A DNA stretch of 63,126 nt, filler included, from 10 parts of 10 records of this genome joined end to end with filler, not necessarily neighbours in it; one strand, 5' to 3'; shown: positions 11,425 to 23,536, numbered from the whole stretch's first letter. The notes: a model not told the origin generated them from the letters alone. Numbers and translations are program-made.

Positions 11425-12408
11425 TTTTTTTAATCCCTTAACATAAAATCCAAAAGAGGGATTAATTTTTCGACAGGGTGCTACAACCTTTCCATTCTCG
11501 CTGTATTTTAACGCGAACTGAAATAATTTTCTTAATACTGGATCATCATTATTTGCAAAGTTTTCTTGTATTTCTTCATCACTCCATGCCCGTCCATTGC
11601 TATTGCTCATTCGTCGAACAGCACGAACATTTTCTTCTATTTCATCAATACTGCTAGTTTGTATCTCAACTGAAGGCGGTAAATCTTTTTGTCGATAAAT
11701 TACCGTAACAGCGGTTCGCGCAACGATTTCTGTTCGGAGTCGTGTTTGGGGAACGAATATTATCTCATTTTTTTGCGACTGTTTTTGAATATATGGTACG
11801 ATTTCAGCAACTTCTAACTTAAATTCAAGTGCAGATTGACTGGCAATTCCTTTAATCAATTCATTTAATCCGATTGGGAGCTTGTCGCAAGCAATTATCA
11901 AATTTAGATCTCCCAATTTTAATCTTTGTAATATCAATTGAGCAAGTTCATCATAATTTACTTCCTCTGGAAAAAATTGATGAATCAACTCTACCCACGA
12001 TTCTATATCCGGGTACTCATTATTAAAAATCGCAACTATTTGCTCTTCTTCTAAAGCAGAAAACGAACCAGCATAATCAATAAGTTGTGCCAATACTCTT
12101 CTATCTTTTAATTCAGGATTACTAGATCTTTTGACTTCTACAATAACAATATGCCCACTTGCAGATAAAATGACAATATCTGGATGAATTTGTCTCTTAT
12201 TAGGAGTAACAAAGCTTAACTGCCTGAAAAAGTAAAATGGGCCATAAATTCCATTTGTCTTATTTTCTAATCCAAGAAGCTGTGGCGTTTCGGTAATTAT
12301 TTTTTCAAGAAACTTTTCTTTTTTGTTAATCTGATCGAGTGTTGTTGGTTCCCATAATTCATTCCTGCTATCCGGATCATATCGCATTATAAAGTTTGGT
12401 ACTGACAT
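11425..12408 (-). CDS. PD-(D/E)xK nuclease-fold protein (NucS/EndoMS-like N-terminal motif), 3' truncated
   Basis: E..LEKII...P.LLG, then PDIVILSASGHIVIVEVKR and AQLIDYA. The gene is AT-rich and has an AAGGA RBS before the ATG at 12408. Confidence 0.65.
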
Positions 12409-13060
12409 AGAATTCCTTAAGTGAAATGGTTCAGTTTTAATGAATTTATTTAAGTAAAATGCTCGATATTGATCAAACATTCTTGATTGCTATATTTATA
12501 GTCAAAAGCTTAAATCATTTAAAAAAATAGTTTGATTACAAAAAAATTATCACCATAGTAAAATATCTAAATTCTTATATGTGCCCTACATTTCTCGAAA
12601 TAGTTGTAATATGTTGTTTTGGTCAAAATACTATTCAAATTGTATTTTTAGGCAAATCACTAATATTTCATGTTCACACGAACAAGAGCACATTTCGAAT
12701 TATTAGCGATATTGTTTAAAATTTATTCTGATAAATAAATGAGTGTACCGTGAAGACAGATCCCCTAAAAATAAAAAGGAATGCATATTCTAAATTTAAA
12801 TATTTATTATGCCTCCATATAAATTGTACAGACTCTCAGAAGTTATGCTTTATATTTTAATGTAATTATTCATCTTGTAAATACAAATAAATAAATATTA
12901 TAATACATCTTATAGATTTAAGTGATTTAAAAATCATTTAATTCACAAATATTTCCCAAATTACCACTTGCCTTTTATTCTGATCTTTAATATTCTTAGA
13001 ATAACGATCTGGCATATTATTAAATCATCATAGTGGCTGCAAACAAGGGAGAAACATGGC

Positions 13061-14383
13061 ATGATTCAACAAATTAATCGTCGGGATTTTTTGCAAAAAA
13101 GTGCTGCGTCAACCGTTGGTCTGACCCTTGGCACAGGTATTATAAAAAAAGCAACAGCGGCATCAGGCAAAACAATTCGGATCGGTGTTGTCGGACTGGG
13201 AAGAAGAGGTCCATCTCTACTGAGAACAATGTTACGAATTCCAGGACTCGAATTTCCAGCTTTATGTGACATCAATGTCGACAGTTTAAAAAAAGCACAG
13301 GAACTGGTGGTCAAAGCAGGGCATCCGCAACCAGCCGGATACTCTGAAAATGAGTACAGCTTTGAAAAACTCATGTCACGCGATGATCTGGACGCAGTCA
13401 TTATTGCCACACCATGGCAGTGGCACACGCCCATGGCTGTATATGGTATGAAGCAGGGAAAATACGTTGGTGTCGAAGTGCCGGCAGCTCAGACTCTGGA
13501 GGAATGCTGGGATCTGGTCGATACTCATGAAAAAACAGGTGTACCATGTATGATGCTGGAAAACTGGAGTTTTCGCCGCGACAATCTGGCTGTGCTGAAC
13601 ATGATCCGACAGGATTTGTTCGGAGAAATGGTCCATTGCCATTGCGCCCATTCTCACGACTGTATTGATCACTGGTTTTTTGACACAGAAGGAAATAAAC
13701 GCTGGGGCAGCGAATTCCTTATAAAGCGTAACTGCGATCAATACCCAACCCACAGTCTTGGTCCTGTTATCAGCTGGATGGATATAAATTGTGGTGATAA
13801 TTTTGCTTCGCTCACATCTACGGCCACAGCGTCCAGAAGCATCAATGCCTATTTTACCAGGAAATTTGGTGCCGATCATCCGAACGCAAAACAGACTTAT
13901 AAACAGGGTGATATCGTGACAACCACCATAAAAACCCACAAAGGCAGATCCATTATCATCAACTATGACATGCAGTTACCGCGGCCTTATGATAATCGCT
14001 GGCTCATCCAGGGTACACTCGGCTTGTATAATGAACAGCGTAATTCCGTTTATATTACCGACAAAAGCCCCGAGTACCACAAATGGGAACCGTTTCCACC
14101 TTATATGGAAGAGTATGATCATTTCTGGTACAAGGATAAAAAATGGCGGGATACCATTGACCACGGTCATGGCGGCACTGATTATCTGGAATTGAGATTA
14201 TTTACCGAGGCAGTGAGAAACAAAACCCAAACACCCATAGACGTCTATGATTCAGTCATTATGAGCAGCATTGTGGCGCTTTCGGGAAAATCCATTGCCA
14301 ATAACAGCAACCCGGTCGAATGCCCGGATTTCACCCGCGGAAAATGGAAAACGAGGAAACCTGTTTTTGGTATAAGGGTGTGA
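13061..14383 (+). CDS. Tat-exported Gfo/Idh/MocA NAD-dependent glycosidase (GH109-like)
   Basis: NRRDFLQ twin-arginine signal, GVVGLGRRG, IATPWQWH, EVPA, YPTHSLGP, PRPY and GHGGTDY. Confidence 0.85.
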   Translation: MIQQINRRDFLQKSAASTVGLTLGTGIIKKATAASGKTIRIGVVGLGRRGPSLLRTMLRIPGLEFPALCDINVDSLKKAQELVVKAGHPQPAGYSENEYSFEKLMSRDDLDAVIIATPWQWHTPMAVYGMKQGKYVGVEVPAAQTLEECWDLVDTHEKTGVPCMMLENWSFRRDNLAVLNMIRQDLFGEMVHCHCAHSHDCIDHWFFDTEGNKRWGSEFLIKRNCDQYPTHSLGPVISWMDINCGDNFASLTSTATASRSINAYFTRKFGADHPNAKQTYKQGDIVTTTIKTHKGRSIIINYDMQLPRPYDNRWLIQGTLGLYNEQRNSVYITDKSPEYHKWEPFPPYMEEYDHFWYKDKKWRDTIDHGHGGTDYLELRLFTEAVRNKTQTPIDVYDSVIMSSIVALSGKSIANNSNPVECPDFTRGKWKTRKPVFGIRV

Positions 14384-14413
14384 TTGGTTAGGAGAAAATA
14401 TTTTCGAATATCC

Positions 14414-14509
14414 AACCTCCCGGAGGTTTTATAAAACAACTATTTTTAAAATGTCAGCGTCTTGCTGTCTATCCCGGTTTCAAATATCGGGAACAACCTC
14501 CGGGAGGTT
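14414..14509. repeat. Pair of 15-bp palindromic REP-like units between convergent genes
   Basis: AACCTCCCGGAGGTT (14414-14428) and its reverse complement AACCTCCGGGAGGTT (14495-14509), each followed by further Ts. Confidence 0.6.
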
Positions 14510-14520
14510 TTGTTAAGCAT

Positions 14521-15696
14521 CTATTCTTCAATACCTTTCTCATAAATCGTATAAGCTTTTGATAATTTTCCGTTCTCCATGATGTTAATAACCCGCTGTG
14601 TCATGACATTATCTTCCAGAACCCAACCCAGGTCAGCGTATTCATAGCCCATTTCCTGAGTAACAATCTTTTGTTTCCAGATCATCACTCCATCCAAACC
14701 CAGGCGGCGGAATTTCTTTTTAACACCTAAATAACCCAGGCGAAAACCTTTAATACTGTTTTTCGTCAGAAGCATTTTTACTGCACGTAGCAATTCACAA
14801 CGTCGCAAGCCTGCAATGGGTCTCATTTTTTCAAAAAGATTTGGGACACACCCCAAAAAAGCAGCTGCTTCTCCCTTTATATAGCAAAACATAAACAGTT
14901 TATCCTTCATGACAAGCTGCATATCATCCACAATCTCATAGAATTCCTCTTTTGTAAACGGTACAAAGCCAAAGTTATCACTCCAGGCGTCATTATAGAT
15001 CTCGAGCATCTCCCTTTTTCGTTCCTCCAGAGGACGATCCCCCCAATTTTCAATTTTAACATCATAACGCTTGATGACTTTTTGGGCAACTCGTTCCAGT
15101 TTCTCTTCCATGGGATTCATAACGCCAACTTCCCAGGACAACACACGGTTAACCGGTTTCAGGCCGGCATTCAGTACGAGTTGTTCATACCAGGGTTTAT
15201 TATAATGATAGTATACCACTGGACGCGAATCAAATCCTTCTGTCAACAGCCCGGGAGTTGCCTCATTAACAGGCAAATTCTGAGGTCCACGCATGGTGTC
15301 CATACCCTGCGATTTCAACCACTCTTTAGACGCATCAAACAAAGCATTGGCCACATTCTGGTCATTTATGGACTCAAACGTGCCAAAAAAACCGACCTTG
15401 TCATTCCAGACTTTATTATGATTGTGGTTAACAAAAGCAATACAACGGCCGACAACATTATCCCCTTTCAAGGCCAGAAAAAATCTCATATCCGCGTGTT
15501 GCATAAAACGATTTGACGGCTCAAAAAAACCGGTCATGCCCAAAAGCTTGAAACCAAGATACTCATAATCCAGCAATGGAATATATTGCGAGTCCTCCTT
15601 GTAATGCTGCCAATGAAAATCAACAAACTGTTTTAAGAGTTTCTTATCCTCTTTTGTCTGATTTGAAAACGCAATTACTCTGACTTTATTGCTCAT
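14521..15696 (-). CDS. YghO-like GNAT-fold protein
   Basis: VVGRCIAF, GFFGTFES, MRGP, GLLTEGFD..P...YN..WY, GVKKKFRRLG and WVLEDN; AGGAG RBS before 15696. Confidence 0.75.
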   Translation of the reverse strand: MSNKVRVIAFSNQTKEDKKLLKQFVDFHWQHYKEDSQYIPLLDYEYLGFKLLGMTGFFEPSNRFMQHADMRFFLALKGDNVVGRCIAFVNHNHNKVWNDKVGFFGTFESINDQNVANALFDASKEWLKSQGMDTMRGPQNLPVNEATPGLLTEGFDSRPVVYYHYNKPWYEQLVLNAGLKPVNRVLSWEVGVMNPMEEKLERVAQKVIKRYDVKIENWGDRPLEERKREMLEIYNDAWSDNFGFVPFTKEEFYEIVDDMQLVMKDKLFMFCYIKGEAAAFLGCVPNLFEKMRPIAGLRRCELLRAVKMLLTKNSIKGFRLGYLGVKKKFRRLGLDGVMIWKQKIVTQEMGYEYADLGWVLEDNVMTQRVINIMENGKLSKAYTIYEKGIEE

Positions 15697-15797
15697 TCTT
15701 TTCTCCTGATTAAAGTTAACCGCGGATTCATCTATTCTTGTCATTTTATATATTCAATTATAACGTAACATGTTAGAAAATTGGACTGATTGGACAC

Positions 15798-16961
15798 CTA
15801 AGCGGCGCGTCCAAAGCCGATGGCGTCTTCACCATATTGGTCACGGATCTTGTCCATAGCCGCTGTCACAGCCGCGACTTTTGGATTTTGCGCTGGTTGG
15901 AACAGAGACATTTGCAGCGGGACACAAGACAAATCACAGAGCCGAAGCGTGATTTTGCGCACGCGCACACGACGGCTCAAAGCACGTTCAAACACCTGTT
16001 TTACCACAAGGGTCAGGTCCTGTTCATTATCGCTGGCCGAAAAGCGCTGTTGGGCACGATCGTCTTTGTAATCGGAATAACGGATCTCAATGACGAGTCG
16101 ACCCGCACGTAAACCTTTACTCCGCAACCGCCTGGTCCCCTGTGCTAACAAACGAAAAACCCGGGCACGCAGGAAAAAGTAATCATTGCTGTCTGGATCC
16201 AGTTTTTCCACTTCAACCACTTCCGGAGAACGTTTGGGAGGCTGAACAGGACGATTATCAATGCCATGAGCACGCTGATGCAACAACACACCGTAACGTC
16301 CAAAAACCATCTGCATATTCTCCACAGAAATGGCTGCCACTTCCCTGATGATGCGCACATTAAGATCCAACAATCGTTGACGCTCCGGTTTCTTTACGCC
16401 CGGAAGATAACCCACAGCAAGCGGCGCGAGAAAACCTTCTTCATAGCCGGGATTCACATCACACAGGCCGCGGGATTGACCGGAGGTATTAACGACATCA
16501 GAAGCCACTTTGCTCACCAGCTTGTTACTGGCCACACCGGCATTGGCGTCCAGGCATAACAAGTCACGAATTTCACGTTGGACCCTGGCAGCCGCATCCT
16601 TGACCCCGCCAAAAAGCCTGGTCGTACCAGTCATATCCAGGTAGGCATGTCCAAACCGCAGCGGCTCGATGACCGGCGTGAACTGGCCAAGCACTTTCAT
16701 CATCGCGCTGGTGGCCCGGACATAAAGCTCTTCATTGGGGGGCAACACCGTTAGTTTCGGACAATACTTTTTCGCCTGCGACAATGCCATACCAGGATAC
16801 ACGCCATTCTGTCGGCCCTCTTTGGAGACGGAATAAACCAGCGAGCGTGTGGCTGTCTCAATGGCAATGGCCACAGGCCTTTGCCGCAGCCGGGTCTCTA
16901 ATACCCGTTCGACGGCAATGTGAAAGTCTGTGACGTCTATGTGAATAATATTTCGATTCAT
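15798..16961 (-). CDS. Y-family DNA polymerase homologue with degenerate catalytic residues (ImuB/DinB-like)
   Basis: HIDVTDF..AVE, R.RPVAI, GV.PGM.LSQA...CP, KLVSKVAS and IRDQYG motifs. The SIDE catalytic motif is replaced by RFGH. Confidence 0.8.
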   Translation of the reverse strand: MNRNIIHIDVTDFHIAVERVLETRLRQRPVAIAIETATRSLVYSVSKEGRQNGVYPGMALSQAKKYCPKLTVLPPNEELYVRATSAMMKVLGQFTPVIEPLRFGHAYLDMTGTTRLFGGVKDAAARVQREIRDLLCLDANAGVASNKLVSKVASDVVNTSGQSRGLCDVNPGYEEGFLAPLAVGYLPGVKKPERQRLLDLNVRIIREVAAISVENMQMVFGRYGVLLHQRAHGIDNRPVQPPKRSPEVVEVEKLDPDSNDYFFLRARVFRLLAQGTRRLRSKGLRAGRLVIEIRYSDYKDDRAQQRFSASDNEQDLTLVVKQVFERALSRRVRVRKITLRLCDLSCVPLQMSLFQPAQNPKVAAVTAAMDKIRDQYGEDAIGFGRAA

Positions 16962-17042
16962 AATAATATACAAACATTAAAGAAAATAAAAAACGATAAC
17001 CGTAAATCAAAAGTCACGATGTTTTACAGGATTTTCACCTCG

Positions 17043-17663
17043 TCATTCTACATTTTCCCGCAACAAAGAAACCACCTGACCCTGAATGTTCCACTCTCCT
17101 TTCGGATAAATGTCCTCATAATCCGGGTTCTCTGCTTTGAGGTACCGCCGTTTGTCCCGTATGGCCAACCGTTTTACAGTCGCCTCTCCATCCATCAATG
17201 CCACCACAATGGCACCGATATCCGCATTTTGCTGAGATCGCACCACAACCAGGTCGTTATCGAGAATCCCGGCATTTTTCATACTATTCCCCTGCACTCG
17301 CAAAAGGAAATGCCGGTCACTGGAGCGAATTAAATAACGTGGCGTCGATATATAACGGGAGATATTCTCCTCAGCCAGCATGGGTAAACCGGCTGTCACC
17401 GCACCAACAAGCGGTAAACTTGTCTCTTCCTCCGGATCAAGCAAACCTTTGTGCTCTATAACCTGGATACCCCGGGCTTTATTCTTTTCCCAGAGGATAT
17501 ACCCTTTACGCGCCAGAATTTTCAAATATTTAACAGCCGTATTTCGGGAAGAGGCCCGCAGCTCTCCGGTCAATTCGGCAATTGTGGGCGGATAACCTTG
17601 TTGCTTTATGCTTTTTATAATAATCTCAAAAGCCTTTTGTTGCTTGGCAGTTAGTTTTTCCAT
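17043..17663 (-). CDS. lexA: LexA SOS repressor
   Basis: wHTH (GYPPTIAEL), Ala-Gly cleavage site (VTAGLP), catalytic Ser (GNSM) and Lys (TVKR). Confidence 0.95.
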   Translation of the reverse strand: MEKLTAKQQKAFEIIIKSIKQQGYPPTIAELTGELRASSRNTAVKYLKILARKGYILWEKNKARGIQVIEHKGLLDPEEETSLPLVGAVTAGLPMLAEENISRYISTPRYLIRSSDRHFLLRVQGNSMKNAGILDNDLVVVRSQQNADIGAIVVALMDGEATVKRLAIRDKRRYLKAENPDYEDIYPKGEWNIQGQVVSLLRENVE

Positions 17664-17849
17664 ACTCTCTCCCACGTTTAAAGATCCCGACAATCATGGG
17701 CTAAAATGGCCCCACAGGTCATGCCATAGTCATTTTAGGACATAAAAAANNNNNNNNNNNNNNNNNNNNNNNNNNNNNNNNNNNNNNNNNNNNTTAATTA
17801 ATTAANNNNNNNNNNNNNNNNNNNNNNNNNNNNNNNNNNNNNNNNNNNN

Positions 17850-18421
17850 TGTGTGCCTGCCGCTACAGCCATATAGCCATGACTGATCCTTAACTCAAGA
17901 ATACGAGTCGGCGTCTCAATATCTTTCAAAAAACTCAAACGGCCATCTGGCTCTATTTTAAGAACGGCAATTCTTTCGTCACGACAGACGGCAAACAGAA
18001 AATGATCGAACTGATAAAGGGTAAAAACAGCTCTTTCGACCAGATATTCGTCGAACAACCTCGGTTGTTCGGGGTCCTCAATATTTATGGCCAGAACCCC
18101 ACCATGATGACTACTGGCCAGAAACAACACGTCGCCAACGATAAGGGAATCATTAATAATCCCGGGGACCGGGTAGACGTGCTGAACTTCCTGACCCGAC
18201 ATCGTCGTTTGAATCAGGCTGGCCGTGACGCCTTTATTGAGACCCTGACCGACCAGGTCAATAACCGGGCGCTCACCGGCCTTTAACACCTGTTTAGAGG
18301 CCGTCTCTATCCGAAGCGGCTCACCTGAAGCAGAAGCCAGAGAGGGCATTTCAACGAGAGGGTGCAAGACCCCGGTAAAGACTAAAAAGACAGCCAAAGC
18401 GGCAATCGAAATCGCTTTCAT
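17850..18421 (-). CDS. Exported protein with LVIVD-like beta-propeller repeats (3' truncated)
   Basis: Signal-peptide-like N-terminus and a GGVLAINIEDPEQP repeat-type motif. Confidence 0.5.
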
Positions 18422-20822
18422 TTCCGCTCCACCTGATTTAAACCCTGAGAAAAAAGAGGCTTCAACGTCTGCTCAATGCTGTCAGAAGTCAAAGGCTTGT
18501 TCAGAACAATTCCATCAACATCAACCAGGCCCTGCAATTCATCTCGGGATGACACAAGAGCAATCATCCAGCCTCGGGGGGCCGACAAAAAATCGTTCAA
18601 TTCATCGACGGAAGCATAGGGGCAATCGATTAACAGGATACGGCCCTCGGGGCTCTCCGGAAGCTCGCTCAGCGCACGGATCGGCATGACATCGATCCCT
18701 CTCTTTTCCAGAGTCAGTCGATTCAGCTCACGGCTGGCGATATTCTGGCCAAGCAGAACAACCTTCATGGTTCGTATCTCAACATTGTTATGCGCCATCG
18801 CCCTTCCAGGGATAACGCTGAGCGATTCCCAACTGCGGGTCAGCGCGACCTGAAGTTCTGACCACTTCAAGGGCAGGGACAGGCGGGTTTCATGCTTCTG
18901 CATTGAATCTGGGGTGGAGAAGTTATCACCCAGCAAAATCACCCGCAGTACAGAGCCCTCCTTTGTCTGTGGCAGCACCTCCCGTATAAGTTCTCCCGAT
19001 GTTGTTTTCAGCAGCCGATCAAACAAAAGAATAGCATAGGGACTTCCCTCTCTATCCGCCCGGCTGCACTGATAAACCAACTCATCAGCACCAGAGCTAT
19101 CATCCACCTTCAAACCGAGTTCTGACAGACAACGGACCAGAGGGGCACAGACACCCCTATCTTCGCTACAGACGAGCGCACGCTGACCAACGAGGGTGGA
19201 CGGGCAATTAAACTTAACCTTTTCGACCAGAGGCAAGGACAAACAGACCTCAAAGCAACTCCCTTTTCAGGAACCGTTTCAAGAGTCAGTTCACCGGACA
19301 TCATCTCAACCAACTGCTGTACAATCGACAAGCCGAGCCCGGCACCTTGCTGGGACCGCGCCCCGCTATGGTTCGACTGATAAAACATCTCAAAAACATT
19401 GGCCTTCGTCTGTTCATCCATTCCAGGCCCGGTATCATCAACTGTCAAACGGAAAAGACCCGATCCGGAATCTTCTGCCTGACACTTCAGACGGACCAGT
19501 ATCCGTCCAGTCGTCGTAAACTTAACCGCATTTCCAACCAGGTTCATGACGATTTGCCGCAATCGCCCTTCATCTGCATGCACCTTCCAGGTAGCGCTTC
19601 CAGAGATGTCAGAAATGATCTTCAAACCCTTTTCCTGAGCTTTCGGAGCTAACAGACCGATAACATCTTCAACAATCCGGAAATAATCAACAACTCCTGT
19701 TTCAAGCTCCATTTTCCCGGCTTCTATTCTCGAGATATCGAGAACATTGCTGATCAGACCAAGAAGATCTTCTCCCGAGTTCTGAACCGTTTCAGTGAGC
19801 AATTGTTGCTGATCGTTCAGCCCCGTCCTTTGCAGCAGCTCATTCATCCCGAGAACGCCAATCAAGGGCGTTCTCAGCTCATGGGTCATCTTGGACAGAA
19901 AAACAGATTTCGCTTCGTTCGCACTATCGGCTTCGTTTCTTGCCTGCTCCAGCTGTTTAACCGTTTCTCTGAGTTCAGACGTTCGTTCAGCAATCGTCTG
20001 TTCCAGAACCTGCTGATGGTTCACCAACAGCTTTTGCTGGTCTTCAATCTGACCAATCATCCGGTTGAATCCATCGACCAGAGATCCGACCTCATCTGCG
20101 CTCACCTTTTCAGCACGCGTCGTATAATCTTTAGAGGTACCGACTGCGTCCATGACTCCGGCAAGGTGCAATAGCGGCTCTGAGATCGGCTTATGAAGAC
20201 GTCGTGCCAGAAACCACGAACAGAACGAGAGGACAATAAATGAGATCAGAGCCCCCACCACAACAATTTTGATACGGGTGAACATCGAGCTCAGATCGCT
20301 GAGCAGATAAAGAGAGCCGATCACTTCGCTGGAATATGAAACCGGCTGCAGGCATCCCATATGCGTTAGAGCCGTCGTAAAACGTGCCTCCTTCGGGGTA
20401 TTGACAGGATCAAAAACTTTAAAATCGGTTTCGACAGCCTTCAGAACAAACCTGGGGTCCGTGAAGTTCAAATACTCAGCAACAGGCTTTCCGGCTTTAT
20501 TAAACAGATAGGCGGCATGGATGTGGGGCTGCTTCTTCAGAGAAGCAAGAATTTTTTCTGCGTCGAGGTATCTCTTCCGGAGCAGGTTCCTGCCCTGAGA
20601 TGTCTTTTCCTCGTCAACATACTTCTCCAGCAGAAGGGCCTGACTGCTGTTCGCTGCAAGAGACGCTGTCAGAGTTTTGATTTCCTGTTGCAGGGCAACC
20701 CGGCTGGAATAGAATTCTGCCGCCACAAAGCCACTGCCGACGATGATCAGCAGAAGAAACGAACTGACAAACACGATCAGAGTCAGTTTGGTTCGTATCG
20801 ACATGTTTGACAGTAATGGCAT
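18418..20822 (-). CDS. Membrane hybrid sensor histidine kinase (HAMP-HisKA-HATPase plus degenerate receiver-like tail); one-base frameshift near 19261
   Basis: DEVGSLVDGFNRM, MTHELRTPL, NLVGNAVKFT, DTGPGM and GAGLGL motifs. Adding one base in the AAAAGGG run restores KGSCFEV.LSLPL and joins ORF 18418-19242. Confidence 0.85.
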
Positions 20823-20988
20823 CCCTTCCCCCAACCAGTCCAAGAACTGAAGTGCTTTTTATAAAATAGAAATAACAGTTTTAAAAATGAAGTAAACTCT
20901 TTTCAGGACTTTACGTCTCAGGATTGCACATTTTTTCCGACTGCTTTAAAGTAACGCCCCTTTTGAGTATTTCTTGTGGAGAGATCCT

Positions 20989-22640
20989 ATGACCAAAATC
21001 ACCCTGCCTCCTGAACGCCAGGTCGGGCACCTGACCCTCATCCGCCAGGGTCGCGACATTTCGCTTGAAGAGTTTGAGTTGCTTGCTAGAAGTGAACAGA
21101 TCGATATTGTTCACCAGTATCAGGGTAAAGACAAATTCAACCTGCTCATCAGCATCAAAGAAGCGAAAACAATTGTCCCCTCTCTTCACCCACAGGACAT
21201 CTACCTGACTGTCAATGAACTTGGGGCAGAGGACGCGGCTGAGCTACTGGCCATGACCAGCCCGGAGCAAATCAACCTGCTGCTAGACCTCGACTGCTGG
21301 GAGAATGACAATCTAAGTCCGGTGTTATCCCTCCACTGGCTGGGACTGTTACTGAACAGCGGCGCGGACAAATGCAATGAACTTATCCGCGAACTTGAAC
21401 CTGAGGTTCTCGCTCTGTTCCTGAAAAAACACCTGACGATAACCCATGGAATTGAGGTTTTCGACAGTGATGACGAGGACAACGCGAAACGGCTTGAGTC
21501 CCTCTACGACATCGATTACGCAAGCGAAGATGCTGCGAAAATCATTAGTGCCTTACTGAAAACCTGGCTGGAGCACGAGCAGGAGAGTTATCTTCTGGTC
21601 ATGGAGATGATCCGCAGCGAACAACTGACCTCACTGGAAGAGGAAGCATACCAATCGCGCAGCAATCGCCTGCTCGACCTGGGAATTATCCCGACAAACG
21701 AGGCGCGATCAATTTATGCCTATTGTGACCCTGATCGTTTCGAACCGGGAGGGAAAACAGATTTTTCCCTTGAATCGGAAGACACCAGCCATCCGAAAGC
21801 CCTGCTCGCTCTGGCGGAACCGACCAACCTGCTGGCCGATATTCTCGGCGCAGGGATTGACCATGCTGCGGCCTGTGAACTGATGATGCTGGTCAACCGA
21901 AAGATGAGTGCTGACAATATCGACATCTCTTCATCTGACCAGGTCCTGGAATCGCTGCAAACTGTGTACGACACGCTCAACCTTGCCCTCGAATTTCTGG
22001 CGGAACAGATTCCGGTGCTGCAGACCAGGTTTTCTCCACCACCTACCTGATCCATCTGTTCCAACTCGGACACAGCCTGACTGAACAACGCAGAAAGGCC
22101 GCCGTCTCTGTTAGCCAAGGTCCACTTTATCCATACCTCGACTACCCGGAGCTTCTCTTTATCGACTCCCTCCTCGAGACACCTCCCTGTCTGTATATTC
22201 CTGAGGACGGGGACCGACCGGCATCCCTGCAACGCCTGAGAACCATCAAGGACTTGAACTTCGTCGATCTGCGCCTTGACCAGTTGAACGCCTTAGCACA
22301 TCTGTTTCTTGCGGACCTGCCGTTTGATTTGCCTGTTATTGAGGAGGAGATTGATCCAGAGCCGGCCAGTCTTGCTCAGCTGTTGATAACGGCCGTCGCC
22401 AACCAGATTCTCGACCGGGGGTTTGTTCCACAACCACTCAGTGTCACAGACCTCAACCCGCTGAAAGAGATCACGCTAACGGATCGAGAACTGGACCCTG
22501 CCTTCATCGACCAGTTTAAACAGCTCGTTCGAAAATTCAGCGATCAACTCGATTTCTTTTCCGAGTTCTGCCTCGGGCTATGGGAAGAAAGCCTCTGCTC
22601 TGAAGATCAGGAGCCTGGTTACTTTCTACAGGACGACTAA
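20989..22640 (+). CDS. DUF6178-like protein; one-base frameshift near 22000
   Basis: LLDLDCW and EEEAYQSR..RL.DLG motifs. The shifted frame reads GTDSGAADQVFSTTYLIHLFQLGHSL and continues into ORF 22254-22640. Confidence 0.7.
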
Positions 22641-22790
22641 TTTTTGGACAAATTTCGAAACCATGCTGCGACAGTCAAAATATGACTTTTTTTATCGTGA
22701 ATAACTTGATTCTCAAACAGTCCCTGCTAGTCTAATGAGAGCAACTGATCCGTGTAGTATTGTTTAGCATTATCTAATCCAGGAGGCTCC

Positions 22791-23314
22791 ATGTTTAAAA
22801 AAGGTTTATTACTGATCAGCATTATCATGTTTTTCGCACTTCCGGCTTCTGCCGATATCCAGCCCGGCGCGTTCACATTATCTCCTATGGTGGGCGGACA
22901 TACATTTGAAGGAAATCTTTCTCTGGACGATTCCAGTTTCTGGGGCATTGGCCTCGGCTTTAATCTGACAGAAAACTGGGCCGTGGAAGGTGTTTACACC
23001 CGAACCGATGCCGACGCGGATGACGCGTCAACAACGGATACCCGAGTTGAAACAATCCGTCTCGACGCACTGTATCATTTCAACCCGGACAACAAACTCG
23101 TCCCCTACCTCGCAGCAGGCCTGGGTGGCATCTATTCCGATCCAGAGGTTGGAGCAGACAGGGATCACCTGCTCTTCAACTACGGCGTTGGAGTTAAATA
23201 TTTTGTTCTCGATGACCTGATCGCTCTGCGTGCCGATGTTCGTCATCTGCTGGACTTCCCCGAGCCGGATAACAGCCTGCAGTACTCAGCCGGTCTGGTC
23301 TTCCAACTGGGCAA
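22791..23314 (+). CDS. OmpA-family outer membrane beta-barrel protein (3' truncated)
   Basis: AGGAGG RBS, signal peptide, and alternating beta strands (LVPYLAAGLG, NYGVGVKY, ALRADVR). Confidence 0.85.
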
Positions 23315-23536
23315 NNNNNNNNNNNNNNNNNNNNNNNNNNNNNNNNNNNNNNNNNNNNTTAATTAATTAANNNNNNNNNNNNNNNNNNNNNNNNNNNNNN
23401 NNNNNNNNNNNNNNCTCGGGGATTTCACTATTGCTACAAACAGTTATGCCTGCATATTGCTTCATGGATTGGTCCTTGTGCTTTGCTCAGGTTCTTATAT
23501 TACTCCAGATGAAGTACTCAAATTCGAATATGTAGT

